This document shows, one piece after another, positions 14,485 through 28,168 of a DNA stretch of 64,000 nt. The position numbers and the translations under genes were made by a program. Source of the stretch: the human T2T-CHM13v2.0 reference genome, Homo sapiens; the NCBI RefSeq assembly GCF_009914755.1, contig NC_060940.1, one strand, 5' to 3'. The notes under the pieces are model-generated. The model did not search any database. It was not told where the DNA came from and saw only the letters and a program-made list of their open reading frames with translations. How positions within the stretch are numbered: the stretch's first letter is position 1; the number at the start of each line of letters is the position of its first letter.

Positions 14485-15779
14485 GTAGATGAATATCATT
14501 AATTAAAGTAGCAACTTTATATTTTTGAGTTCTGTCCATTTGACCATGGTAAAGGCTGAACCAAAAGTGGTCATTTAATTCTCACTATGAGGCATGCATT
14601 TGGCCAAAATATAAACCAGGCAACCAACTTTACAATAAGTCGTGTCCCAAAGGGGAGCTATTAGGATTCTTTTGAAGGCAAGTGACAGAAACTCAACTCA
14701 AACTGCCTTAAGTTAAAAAAAAAAAAAAGACATTTGGCTCATATAAATGACAAGTATTCAAGTACAGCCACATCCAAGGGTTCATGTAAGGTTGGCAAGT
14801 CTTAGTCTCTCTCCATTTTTGGCTCTGCTGTTCTTTATGCTGGCTCCATTTGAGCAGGTTCTTCCTATTTGATAGCAATCAACTCCAGACTTACACAGGT
14901 TAACAATCCTCCACCCCTCCAGGAAAGGACAGAGCTCTCTTTTCAGTCATTTCAAGTAACTCTCAGGACTGCATTTGCCTACCTTAGATCACATCTCTCA
15001 CCAATGTGGTTCAGGGAATGATATATGCTGATCGGCCAGACTTGGATCATATGTCTATCATTGGAGGTAGGGGTTGGTGTCAATCCCACCAGAGAGGATA
15101 GGGTAATACTCTATAGGAAAAACTACAGTAGCTACTAAAAAGGGGGAACAGATACTGCATAAGCATATGCAGATTTCACTGAATAGGCAGCAGATTTCAC
15201 TGAATGGACAACTGTCATGGAACTCAGAATACATTTTCTCACAGAAACAAGGCAGATAGAAAATTGTGGCCAGTTTCCCAAACAAGTCTCATGAGCCTGT
15301 TTAGGACCAATGGGAAGGAAACTCTGGCAATGACAATAATAGTCTTAATTCTAGGAAGAAGCCCAATTTTCCTAATTTCCTTTCCTCATGGAAGTTTCCT
15401 ACAGACACAGCAAGTGACAAAATTTCAAAAGTTTGTCTCTCAGCATCCTCCCACATCTGTACCTCCCTCTCACACACCAGTGAGCCTCTGCAGTGACACT
15501 ATGGGTCCCCTACTCTTACCTCTTATACCCCCTCCACTCCCATTTATTCCATTCTCAGAAATAGTTTCCTCCTGCTGCCATGTTCTCATCCTCTCAATAT
15601 AAATGATTTCAGCTGAAGAGCAGAAGTAACCACCAATTAGAATCAATGAATAATATAAATTATGCTTACTAACCTCAGTAATTATCTAATTGGTAGGTTT
15701 TAAACAGTATTACAAAGAGAAGCAAACAATATGAGGCAAAAAACGACCTTATAGAGATAGATCAATCTTTCCTGAGAGT

Positions 15780-16097
15780 TTTTTGTTTCATTTTGTTTTG
15801 TTTTGAGATGGAGACTTGCTGTCACCCAGGCAAAAAGCAGGAGTGCAGTGGTGCAGTTATAGCTCACTGCAACCTCAAACTGCTGGGTTCAAGCATCCTC
15901 CCGCCTCAGCCTCCTGAGTCGCTAGGACTACACATGTGCATTATCGTGCCCTGGCTAATTTTTTCTTTTTAGTCTTTATAGAGATGGGGTCTCACTATGT
16001 TGACCAGGCTGGTTTCAAACTCCTGAGCTTAAACTATCCTTCTACCTTGGCCTCCCAATGTTGTGGGATTATAGGTGTAAGCCACTACACTCAGCCC
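15780..16097 (-). mobile_element. Alu (AluJ)
   Basis: Diverged antisense Alu. Confidence 0.9.
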
Positions 16098-16550
16098 CTT
16101 CCTGAGATTTGATCTCCCAGGATACACAGTCCTTCCTCCATTGAGACTCTTCAAACTCCCTTGAAACCACATATTCTCTGGGAGCTCCATTTGTCCCCCT
16201 GGTACATGCTTCTAGTGGTATAGATTCGAAGGAGTAAGTGGTCATCTATAAAGCAAAGACTGCCTGTGAAATAAATGGGATCACTCTGAAATGTTAAATA
16301 CATGTGTGACCTGTAAATAGAACTTAGCTTTCTTGAACCGCTGCACTCCTCATACTCACAAACCATTTACCTGGAATTATTCTCAAAACCTCACTTTGTA
16401 ATTGTATCCAAGCTTTGTTCAGAAGCAATCTCTGGCATTTGCAGTCATCACTCAAACTGCTATTAACAAACAGTAAGTACCTATGTTCAGCATTGGTTGC
16501 AGATCCTTGATGTGTCTGAAAAACAGAGCAAGATAAATTATCTGTTGCAG

Positions 16551-16670
16551 GTGGTGAAAGCTTTTGTTGTCTTAGCTCCATCCTGTAAGTCCTACAGCCT
16601 AGAGAAATTAACTCTTGAGCTTCAGGATCATGTGAAAAAAATCAACTGCACCTTACAAATATCCAAGAAA
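16551..16670 (+). pseudogene. ACSM4-like pseudo-exon VVKAFVVLAPSCKSYSLEKLTLELQDHVKK/STAPYKYPR; +1 A in a homopolymer
   Basis: ttgcag/gtaagt boundaries; an A7 run shifts the STAPYKYPR frame. Confidence 0.9.
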
Positions 16671-17837
16671 GTAAGTATTTTGTCCAAAAGTTAAGTTTGG
16701 ATGTTACCAAACTAAGACCTAAGCTAAAATGTAGATTTTACTGGATTTTGACTTTATAGTAGCTCATTATATAGGTAGAGGGCACCTTTGTTTAGCCCTA
16801 AGAACTTGAAAATGTTTTGTTAGAACAGTATAAATGCATTATAAACTAGAGCCTTTAATCAACTCTGCAATACTGAATCACTACTAAGATTCTTTCTAGA
16901 AATAATTTGTCCCATTCTGTATAAGAAAAGCACAGTGGCCAAGAATGGCCAACTGCCTTGTTTTTAGGGACAGCACTTGACTCATCTATCCTAGGACTCT
17001 TGGCCCTAATACCCATATAAATTCAAAGAACATACCTGTATGTATCAAGGGACCCCATTAATATTCAGAAAGAATACCCAAAGAAACCATGAAATCTTTC
17101 CTGAAACTTTCATCAAATAAGGATTTAAGAAAAATACTATATAAAGACATGAAGATGGCCCTGTAGTTTCCTTCTAACCATGGAATTGGTTGATACTGAC
17201 TGATCCTCTGCATGAAATTTCTGTTTTAGTTAGCATCATTTCAGTCAAAAGGTAGTAAATTTCAACCTAAGAACTATTCAACAATTTCTCCATTACATTC
17301 ACTAAATTAATGAACTTTTGACTTTCAGAAAGGCTATTTGAGGACATTTTAAAATACAGTAGTCGTCTTATTTTGACAGAAGAGAATAAAAAGAGGATTT
17401 TTATGGTCAAGTCAGGGCAGAAAACTGTATATATTCCAAATTATGCCTAAAAAATCTTCTCCAATCTCCAGGGTCCAGCTCTGCAAAGACAAGAACTAAG
17501 TGTTCTTTTTGCATTTAGGTGAAGTCTCCACTTTCTAGAACAGTAGAGACCTAGGACTAGTTTGAACTAGGGGAAAGCAATGGGGTAAAGGGATTATTAC
17601 TTTCTTGTGGCAAAGCATTTAAGTGAATTTGCACTAAAAACCCCCAAGATGGAGCTACACTGTCACCCTTCCTGTACAAACAGAACAGTTTCTGGTGTCT
17701 ATGAGATTCAATAAGCTTAGGCTAAGATAATCTAGACTTTAAAATTCAGTCTCAGAGTTTCATGCAAGCTCTCTCCTATTGCACTGACAATTGGAAAAAC
17801 GGAATCAAATGTCTCATAACGTTTTTCCGTCAATTAG

Positions 17838-17921
17838 GTGGAATTTGTTCAAGAACTCCCAAAGACAATCATTGGGAGAATCAAACACGTTTTAAGAGAC
17901 CAAGAATAGGGACGAACATAG
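17838..17921 (+). pseudogene. ACSM4-like last pseudo-exon VEFVQELPKTIIGRIKHVLRDQE*
   Basis: attag acceptor; A10 motif PKTxxGK changed to GR; TAG at 17907-17909 in place of the family Trp; AATAAA at 18068. Confidence 0.9.
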
Positions 17922-18609
17922 CTTGATAAAAAAGCTGAAGGGTTAAGTAGTAATATGATTGCTTTCTCGATTTGTTCCTGATAATTCAGTGACTACTCTC
18001 TTAAAATGTTTAAGATCCTTCCTGGTTTAAGTTTTTGTTTTCTACTTAGCTAAAAAATTAAAAAGTAAATAAAAGTCTAAAAATATATGGATGAAAATTG
18101 TTTCAATAACCAAACTGACAAAGGTAATGATGGTTTCTAGTGTTTAAAATTGCAGGAGTCAAATGATTACTTAGAAAAAGAAAGTGCACAATGAATCTGT
18201 ATTTCATCTATCTTGTGCCTGATTAATTCAAAATAAAGATATATCCTAAATGTTCAAGACAATTTCTTCTACTTAACAACTTTATGAGACCAAACTTCAA
18301 TATATTAAAATACTGTTAAAATGAGTATAAATAATTCAAAAATCAGTAAGTGAATTTAATGAAAGTAAGTACTGTATTACTATGGCTCATTTTGAAGCAA
18401 ATTAACTGTAAAATATCTGAAACTTGGATTTAGAAGTATTAATTATTCAAGGGTAATAATTTTTTAATGTTTTTTAGGCTCATGTCCATGGCATTTTATA
18501 ATTTGACATATAAACATATTTTATGATATATATATACTATAAAGCAAGAGATTTACTAAGAGTCAGAAAGAAAGAAAAAATATTAGAACACCAATTTTTA
18601 GGGAACAAA

Positions 18610-18615
18610 TTTATT
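18610..18615 (-). terminator. THUMPD1: Probable distal poly(A) signal (AATAAA) of THUMPD1
   Basis: tttatt on +; U-rich tract downstream on -; implies a ~3.2 kb 3'UTR. Confidence 0.6.
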
Positions 18616-21600
18616 TTGATTTTTCTGAAAATATCAGGAACTATGAAAAAACAAGCTCGATTTCTGGCCGTACCAAAAGCAAAATACAAGTAAAAATAAC
18701 ATTTGAAAACCAAGTTTAACCTCAGAGAATCATGTTTTAAAATACAAAGTTTAACATTCTTTCCTCTATGGAGCTAAACAAGTTTTCTAAACCATAAGAC
18801 TGCAGTTTTTTTATTTTTTTAACTGACGTAATTTTTTAAAAGAAAAAACAAAAGGGGAATAAAAAGCACTTCCTACCCTGGAATCCCGTCATTTATAAAA
18901 TAACATGCTCAAATGTCAGTGAAAATAAACAGTTGATAAACCTGAAAACAAGTCTTTTAATGAGTTCAGGTTACAACCGAACACAGGATTTTGTAACTGG
19001 GAAAGAACAGCTTGTGTAACAACCGATTCTTACCAAATACAAATAAATATAAAAGACAATTTAAAAACAAACTGTATAATCAAAATCTTTCCGTAAAATA
19101 GCAGCTTTCACAAAGTAAAAACAATTTAGTTCCACAGAGTTGTATGCTCTGTAGGCATATGGCCAATTTTCTTCCGAGTCCTTTTGTCTTGCACTATCAA
19201 AATAGAATCTTTGTCTTGGAGCAAGTCTGCTGAAGAAGGCACCAAAATCCTATCCTCCCTATTCCCCTAACTGATATTAATAATCCTCTTATCAATCATT
19301 GCAAGGTAACTTCAATGTCATTAAGTATTAACATTCTAAATATGTAAAGCTATAGAAGGAAGGTCCTGCCTATTCTCTTTGCCCCTCTCAAATCATTCTA
19401 GTCTGGTTTACCAAACAGAACCACCAGCTAGGAGGATAAAAATACATTCCCATGTTCACTAGCCATTAAATGAACATAGCCACTTGTGCAGGAAGCCTAA
19501 CATTTTTAGGATTTCCTAACTTTTTAAAACTTAAGGATAAGTCCATTTCTACAAGCTAATTTTACAGCTCCTTAATATTCTTAATCTGGACAGTTAATTT
19601 TGCAGACTTTGTTGGTGTCTGCCTTTTCAATTGTTTTACCCAAAAAGAGGCCTTGAAAAAACTTTCAAATTCAGGAAACCCCTAAACCCCTGCAGAGAAC
19701 CCTCATGGTATGTGAGTGTGAGCACTAAGTTGAAGAATACTCTTATTTCACAGAAATCTAGGACTGTCAGACTAGGGCTGAGTTCATTCTCTTCCTTCAG
19801 AGACAAAATTTCAAGCTGAGCAGATTCAGAGACAAGGGTTCCTCATAGGTTATATACTAGTGCTGGGAAAAGGAGAGAAAATGCTATTTCATTGGGTCTT
19901 GTGGTTCCTCCAGCCGGGTTAGAACAAGATTTGAGAGTTGCACCCTTTATTTTCAAGGCCAAGTGGCTGCAGAAACATTTCAAGAATTCCTCTGGCAAGG
20001 TGGCAAGTCAGTTTCCTTTTAGATCTAAGAGTCTTGTCGCTTTAAGAAAAATTTTTTTCCCCAGAACCTTTCAGAGACTTGTCCATTTGTTCATGTGATG
20101 AAAAACGTCTGCAAAATAGGCTACTTTCTGTAGTCATTTTTCATTTCCAAAGCACTCAGCAAAAGCTGGCTGTTTTATTGTAAGTACTCTGGCAATTCAC
20201 CTTTCAATTCAAATATCCTGTAGAGAACGCTTCCTCTGAGAAGCCACTGGATGTCTGTATGGTGCAGGAGGTTTATGTGCTGTCTGTCCAGGTTTTTGTT
20301 TTGGGTGTTTTTTTTTTTTTTTAACATTTTTGCATAAATGGGTCTTTGATACAGGTAACCAGTTTTGTAACATTATTCAGAACTTCACTGTATCTTCAAG
20401 TTTTTGATATCAGCATCTCTGTGGAGAAAGCAGTGTGCTATAATGTCAACATCAGGATTTCTTTTTTTTTTTTTAATAACGCAAAATGACTTATGGAGAC
20501 AACCACTGATGGGGCACCAGGAGTGTAGATACCAGACCTCTGGTTATCAGATATGATGTCACAACATTATATATTGGCCTTTGTTCTGGCAGGCTCCTAG
20601 CAATAGAAAAAGTTTTCTTTGAATTTCATCATTTACAAATCTTACAAATGCTACAGCATGACAAATATTAGTGAAACCTGTTGACTCATCATCCTGGATA
20701 GAGAAGCTGCTACTTTTCAGTTAATGACACAAAACCTTTTTTGCATCATATGACATATCATCAGTAAATCAACTTATTGAGAATAAAGTCTCTTCAACTT
20801 TGTACTGCATCTTGCCCCAGCATTTTAATGTTATTAGATTCTCACCAACCATGCATATTTTCCTTTCCTGAGATAAGTTCTGCTACTAAATAATTTGCTT
20901 CTTAAACCTTTTGACTAAAGGTGATTTCTGAACAAAAGCCTTACTGTTTTTGATAGTCCAAAAGCCATTTGAAAATAATGAATATCCTTTCTTGTCAAGT
21001 GGCTGTGATTTATTGTTACAATTGCTAGTTTTGTAAGTTGCATGTCACAGACAATGCACAATGGGACAGGAGAGCTTGGACTGAGTCCACATAATACCCT
21101 TGAGAAGTAGCTTTCTTTATTAAGACAGAATTTCTTTGTGTCCCTTGTTGCACTAGTATACTGAAGTATACTCAGAAGACTGAAGTTCTTCATCACCAAC
21201 CTTTTCAGAAATGTCTGTAGTTCTATGCCTAAAATGGTTCTCGTCTCTCTCACACCTTGCCTTCCAAAATTGCGACACTGGACTGTCAGCTATATTACAC
21301 ACAAATGTTAAAAAAAAAAAAAAAAAACAGACATAAACAAGAAAATCACAAAAGTACAAAAACTTCACTAAACAATTCACTTCTAACCTACATGATCCAC
21401 ATTTTTGCAATGTTTACAACAAAGTGGCAGGCAGACAGCTGAGCTGTGGCATGTAAAAACTCCTTCCTTAGAATGAAAACTTCCCTCTGATTTTCTACTT
21501 CACAGGTAGTTCACTCCCTTAAGTCAGCTGGCACTGCAGAAGAGGAGCCTGGGAGAGGCCAACATCCCCCTCCTATCCTCCCCTCTTTGCAACAGCAGCA

Positions 21601-21810
21601 CATGGGTCTGCCTCTACGTAATACCATAAAGGCTGAAAGATCCCTAAAAAAACTGTTAACAGGGCTGCGCAATCATTGCTCACTACTGTGAGAACAGCAT
21701 AATGCAGCACACAAATAAAAAACTGTTTTTAGTCACAATTTAAGGTGGAGCCCCAGCAACATCTCGTAGAGCCCCAGGTGAGAAACCCACCTCCAACACC
21801 AAATGACTTC

Positions 21811-22217
21811 CTATGAGAAGTCATTTTCATTTGACTTGGATCCTTCTGTGGCTTGACTTGCAAGTTCAGGTTTGGCTCCTCCCTCATTTACCACCTGTGG
21901 ATTAGACGTTGGTTTTGTCTGCCCCAGCTCCTCAGTATTCTCTGGTACCTGCTGGTTATTTTTTCCTTCTGCTGTGTTGTTTTGGTCTGATTTGTCCGCA
22001 GATTCCAGTTTAGCTTCTTTCCCATTTCCCTGCTTTGAGTTAAGCTGTGACGGATCCTTAGGGCTCTTCACCACCTCCTGGAGATTGTATTTTCTAAACA
22101 ACATGTAATCTTTCACAACACTCAGGCAACAGACAGCTTTGATGATTTCTACTACCACTGTGTACTGTGGATTGGTGAGATCCACTTTATTTTCTGAATT
22201 GAGGGTGCACACTATTC
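21811..22217 (-). CDS. THUMPD1: THUMPD1 exon 4 (coding part, stop TAG)
   Basis: GIVCTLNSENKVDLTNPQYTVVVEIIKAVCCLSVV...SNENDFS*; 407 nt; the four exons sum to 231+175+249+407=1062 nt = 353 aa. Confidence 0.97.
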
Positions 22218-22638
22218 CTGTAACAAAAACAGAAAAACACATAGCTGAGGAGGATACCATTACATCTGATAGATACAAAAAATCTTTTGTCTCTGTTTCT
22301 TGTTAAAACAAGACATACAGTAATCCACTCTTCTATGTGGACTTCAAATAATCTGAACCCTTACAATAAATAAACACAAATGAAACCCTACAACATTTAA
22401 TAAGAATTTTTTTCCAAACAAAATTCAATTTCGAGTTAAAAAAGACTTTTATCTAACTACCAGAAAATCTCATATCCGACATATTGAAATCAGTTGATTT
22501 AATACTATTTTAAGAACATTTTAATATATTTGTTCTACACTCAAAAATGTAAGCCTTAAATCTTTAAAAAGAAAAAAATCCTTAAAAAACAAGTATTTAC
22601 CATTGAATGCCTATGGAAAATCACTAAGAGAAACATAC

Positions 22639-22887
22639 CTGCCAATTCTCTGATAACTTCTTCTCTATTCACATGACTGTTATTTCGAGATTTGTACACA
22701 ATCTGAAATGTCCCTTTGTTTGGAGCTTTAAACCAGGGTTCCAAAAATGTTTCTGCATATTTTTTCATATCTTCTAAAAAAGCCTTGCATGTGCCTGAGA
22801 TGGGTAACATTCGCAAAATAACTCGAGTCTTCTTTTTCTTGGTTTTGTACATATCCTGGAGAATATGATGCACCAATTTCTCAGGCT
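22639..22887 (-). CDS. THUMPD1: THUMPD1 exon 3
   Basis: PEKLVHHILQDMYKTKKKKTRVILRMLPISGTC...REEVIRELA; AG/GT boundaries, 249 nt. Confidence 0.97.
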
Positions 22888-23827
22888 CTTAAGAAAAAAA
22901 AAAAGTTAAGAAGATAATTTCTCAGACATCTTAAAGATCGAACTCTAAAATGAATTTTCACTGGCAATGACATAAGTTGACAGAAGAAATTCTCATAATG
23001 AATTTTAAATGAATCTACCTAGTCATTCTTTCCAAACAGTATTTCTTCAGTGCCTAATACGTACTATAATGTATCTAATATATTTTAACTTTTCATCATT
23101 ATTACTGCTTGCACTAGAAATGACTGTTTAGGTAGACACCGTTGTTAACATTTTTGTGATGTCCTGAGTTATCCAACCGTAACACCATGCTGTTGTTTTC
23201 CTGTAACAACAGAGTACATTAAACAGTACACACTTTTTTACAAAAAAAAAAAAAAAAAATTCTGTGAGTCACTTTAAAAGATGTAATTAATCCATTAGCT
23301 AAGTTAGCACACAAGTCTAAATCTCAGACCCAAGAGGAATCCCAGAACCATGCTGGGCACAACATCATGAAAGGGAGGTCCTCAGGCTGCAACTTGCCTA
23401 CATACAAGTATATTTGGGGCTGCTCCGAAAATTTGTAAATTAGTTGACCACACTGAAAAACAAAAAAACTCCAGATTTCAAACTTCTTTTGAGAAATTCA
23501 AATACCTGGCCCTGCATTCCCAAAGAGCAACAACTGGCTGGAGCTGAGTAGCAGCTGCCCCTTATTTACACAGAACTGGCACTCTAGTTCTGCCTTAAGT
23601 TATATACGAAGGAAGCAGCAAAGCCAGGTTTCCACTCATAAGCCAATGCTACGTCCACCACCCCATTCTACCTCTCCACAGGCCAACTGCTAATACAGTG
23701 TACAGAAGCTGCCATCAAATGATTAACTGAGTCATGCCCAAGAAGCCATTTTGTAAGCAGTATTCCCTGAGACAGGAAGATACCCAGATGTTATGAGATC
23801 GATAATCTTAGCAAGTATTTGTCACAC

Positions 23828-24002
23828 CTATCCCAAGTGTCCTGATGAAGACAACGTTATTTGCTCCACTTTCCACTGACTGGAATCTTCTTAACCTCAT
23901 CTCTGTAGATGCCTTAATGTCACCAACTTCTTTCTTCAAGGCAGCCTCCGCATCATCATCCTCTCCCTCACTTCCAGAGGGCTGCTGATCCTTGTCTGTA
24001 AA
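23828..24002 (-). CDS. THUMPD1: THUMPD1 exon 2
   Basis: FTDKDQQPSGSEGEDDDAEAALKKEV...NNVVFIRTLGI; AG/GT boundaries, 175 nt. Confidence 0.97.
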
Positions 24003-24108
24003 CTGTTTGCATAAAACTAATGAGCAGAAATGACACAACAGCTCACATTTAAACACTATAAGTAATTATTTATGTGAAGTCCCTGGCGGCAGGTGGCTCA
24101 GTATTGAT

Positions 24109-24401
24109 TTTTTTTTTTTTTCTAAAGATGGAGTCTCGCTTTGCCTCCCAGGCTGGAGTGCAGTGGTGCGATCTTGACTTGCTGCAACCTCCGCCTCCTG
24201 GGTTCAACCAATTTTCCTGCCTCAGCCTCCCAAGTAGCTGTGATTACAGGCGCATGCCACTACACACAGCTAATTTTTGTATTTTTAGTAGAGATGGGGT
24301 TTCGCCATGTTGGTCAGGCTGGTCTTAAACTCCTCAGGTGATCCACTCGCCTCAGCCTCCCAAAGTGCTGGGATTACAGGTGTGAGCTACCATGCCCAGC
24401 T
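24109..24401 (-). mobile_element. Alu (AluS)
   Basis: Full Alu, TSD ctcagtattgat. Confidence 0.95.
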
Positions 24402-24469
24402 GACTCAGTATTGATAATAAAGCTTTTTTTACGAAGCTGGGACACCACACCCTTCAAAACGTGGAGCAA

Positions 24470-24883
<414 letters not shown>

Positions 24884-25041
24884 TCATTTTAGGGTGGACC
24901 TTAACACGTTGACCAGGTATCTGTGTGCCTCACACGACACTGTCCTTTTGGTGAGATTAGACCAAATACCTGTGGAATTAAAAACCCTTACTCTTGTTCT
25001 ATTAAGGAACAAGGCACAGAAATACATTGTTCAATAATTTT

Positions 25042-25338
25042 GGCCAAGCATGGTGGCTCATGCCTGTAATCCCAGTACTTTAGGGGGCAGAGGTGGGCGG
25101 ATCCCTTGAGCCTAGGAATTTGACACCAGCCTGGACAACATGGCCTGAGAACCCGTCTCTACAAAAAATACAAAAAATTAGTCGGGCATGGTGGCACATG
25201 CCTGCAGTCCCTGCTACTCGGGGACTGAGGCAGGAGGACTGCTTCAGCCCCGGAGGTGGAAGTTGCAGTGAGCAAGAGCATGCCACTGTACTCCAACCTC
25301 CACCTTGGGTGACAGAGCAAGACCGCTTCCAAAAAAAG
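25042..25338 (+). mobile_element. Alu (AluJ)
   Basis: Diverged Alu. Confidence 0.9.
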
Positions 25339-25913
25339 AATTTGCTTAAAGTACAGGAGTAGACAGGATATGTGCTTGTTGCCCAGCTCTCTGCCCCCTA
25401 GTGCCCAACGAAATTGCCAGTCAGGCACAATAATAATTGTATACATTTACAGAAACTTTATTACATACCAGTATGTATTTTATGTACATAAGCAACTCAC
25501 TAGCCAGTCTTAAAGTATTCTCTTTTTTATCTAGCTCAGCAGCATCAAATAATGTGCCCATGTCCGAGTCCCCAAGCTAGTAGAGGATGAGCCGTGAATT
25601 TAAATTCCCTCTGTATTACCCTTCTTCATTTAATCCCTCAGTGTGCGTGTGTGTATTGGTCCAGATTCTAAGCCAGTAATATGATTTCCAAACACTAAGA
25701 CTTTAGGTGATATTGGTAAAAGTTTTTACGTTCTAAAATGTATTTTAAGTGCAGTAACTAGCATTAGTAGTAAACCTATTATTTCAGAAATATTATTGCT
25801 TCAGGTAAACACATTATTACTCCAACTTCACGAGGCTGTCATGAAAAATGTGTTTCTGAAAGAGCTTCAGCACACCGCCTGGCCCTCAATGAGCAATCCT
25901 TAAGTGGGAGGTA

Positions 25914-26193
25914 GGCCGGGCTCAGTGGCTCGCGCCTGTAATCTCAGCACCTTGAGAGGCAGAGACGGGAGGATCGCTTGAGTGTAGGGTTTAGGACTAC
26001 CCTGGGCCAAACAGTGAGACCCCTTATCTACAATTTACAAAACTTAGCCGAGAGTGGTGGCGCGCACTCATAGTCCCAGCTACTCTGGAGGCTGAGACAG
26101 GAGAAGTCGAGGCTTCCCTGAGCTATCATCACGCCACTGCACTCCAGCCTCGGCAACAGAGCGAGACCCTGTCTCACAAAAATAAAAATAAAA
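25914..26193 (+). mobile_element. Alu (AluJ)
   Basis: Diverged Alu next to the CpG island. Confidence 0.9.
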
Positions 26194-26249
26194 GTAATGG
26201 GAGCTACCGTGGTTACTGATGGCAAGAAAAGGTGCAAGCACTTCAAGCA

Positions 26250-26950
26250 CAAAACCGATAGCACCGAAGTCTGCGAGCGTCTCAGGACTAGGGACGGAAA
26301 CGCCGGCGAGGCCACGCCCCTACAGCCGTCACGCCGACGACCCGAGGCGCGCATGCCCATACCAGCAGCCATCCCTCCACCCTTCCCTCCTCCCGCAAGG
26401 CCTGGCAGCCGGCCCGCCCGCCCACCCCGGGACCGGTACCTTTTCTGGCCCATACATGTCGTCGCCGTATTCGTTGAGGAGGCTGTAGGCCTCCTCCACG
26501 CACTTGCGCTCGTTCATATTGCAGGTGATGAGGATGCCCTGTAGCCCGGGCTCTAGCTGACGGGGCCCGCCAGCGTCGCAGCGCCGAGCGCGCTTGGCCA
26601 GCACATACTGAGCCTTGCCTTTGCGCTTCCCGCCGCCAGGCTGAGTAGTCTGCTGGGCAGGGGCCGCCATGGTGTGCGCAAACTGAGAGGAAAGAGAAAC
26701 GTTTCTCCGCTGCTGTTGGCGTCCTCGTCTACCGCCGGCGCGAACTGGTGACGTCGGATATGAGCGACGGCCTCCCCTAGCCGGCCTCGAAGCCTCATTC
26801 CGTGCTGCGCCAGGTCCTAAGGCCGGTCTGCAATCGTGAAAGGGGTGGAGTGATACCCGCCCAAGCCCCGCCTCCTGCCCCGCCTCCCGACTGCAACCTG
26901 AATCCAGTAGAGGCAGCATAGCAGCCATTCTGGAAGTGGTGTCGGTGGCT
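26250..26950. promoter_or_regulatory. THUMPD1: CpG-island housekeeping promoter of THUMPD1
   Basis: Dense CpG; CRE-like TGACGTC 26749-26755; GC boxes 26856-26890; YY1-like GCCATT and ETS GGAAGT near 26922-26937. Confidence 0.85.
26440..26670 (-). CDS. THUMPD1: THUMPD1 exon 1 (coding part); THUMP-domain adaptor of NAT10 for tRNA ac4C
   Basis: MAAPAQQTTQPGGGKRKGKAQYVLAKRARRCDAGGPRQLEPGLQGILITCNMNERKCVEEAYSLLNEYGDDMYGPEK; Kozak accATGg; GT donor. Confidence 0.97.
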
Positions 26951-27306
26951 CCTCAAGCCCTTGAAGCTGGCTCCAGCCATATAGCTTCTTCCACCCAACC
27001 TTGGTACCTGTTCCTCCAGCCTTCCCTATAATTCTGCCAGCTACTGTGGAGGAAAAGTTAAATATTAAATTTGAACTCAATTGAACGTGGACACAATGGT
27101 CAAGTCCCGTAACAGGTTGCATGAGCCCCTTGAGGCATTCATTCATCCAGCACTGTTACAGATAACTCTGTACCTGTACTTGAGTTATTGAAAAACAGAC
27201 AATCACAGAAACAAGTTGACCTTTATGTGTTCCTTGAGCCCAGTCGAGAAGGGCCCTCGTGACTGGGCCTCATGCCAATCAACGCATTACAAAAAGAGCC
27301 AGGGTC

Positions 27307-27800
<494 letters not shown>

Positions 27801-27871
27801 TTATTATATCTGCATTGCCATTTACGTGGGATAAAGGTTGTTTACCCCCAAAGGTATTGTATGTTTGTCTA

Positions 27872-28168
27872 TTTTTTTTTTTTTTTTTTGAGATGGAGTC
27901 TCGCTCTGTCGCCCAGGCTGGAGTGCAGTGGTGCGATCTGGGCTCACTGCAAGCTCCGCCTCCCAGGTTCACCCCATTCTCCTGCCTCCCTCCCGAGTAG
28001 CTGGGACTACAGGCGCCCGCCACCACGCCCGGCTAATATTTTTTATTTTTAGTAGAGACGGGGTTTTACCGTGTCAGTCAGGATGGTCTCAATCTCCTGA
28101 CCTCGTGATCCACCCGCCTCGGCCTCCCAAAGTGCTGAGATTACAGGCGTGAGCCACCGCGCCTGGCC
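27872..28168 (-). mobile_element. Alu (AluY)
   Basis: gcaagctccgcctcc..ggttcac.ccattc Y diagnostics. Confidence 0.93.

Noticed and set aside
15169-15205. Duplicated gcagatttcactgaat
   Set aside because: Ordinary short tandem slippage duplication
26028-26798. Overlapping Arg/Pro/Gly-rich ORFs around THUMPD1 exon 1
   Set aside because: Expected in stop-poor CpG-island DNA; no independent coding signal
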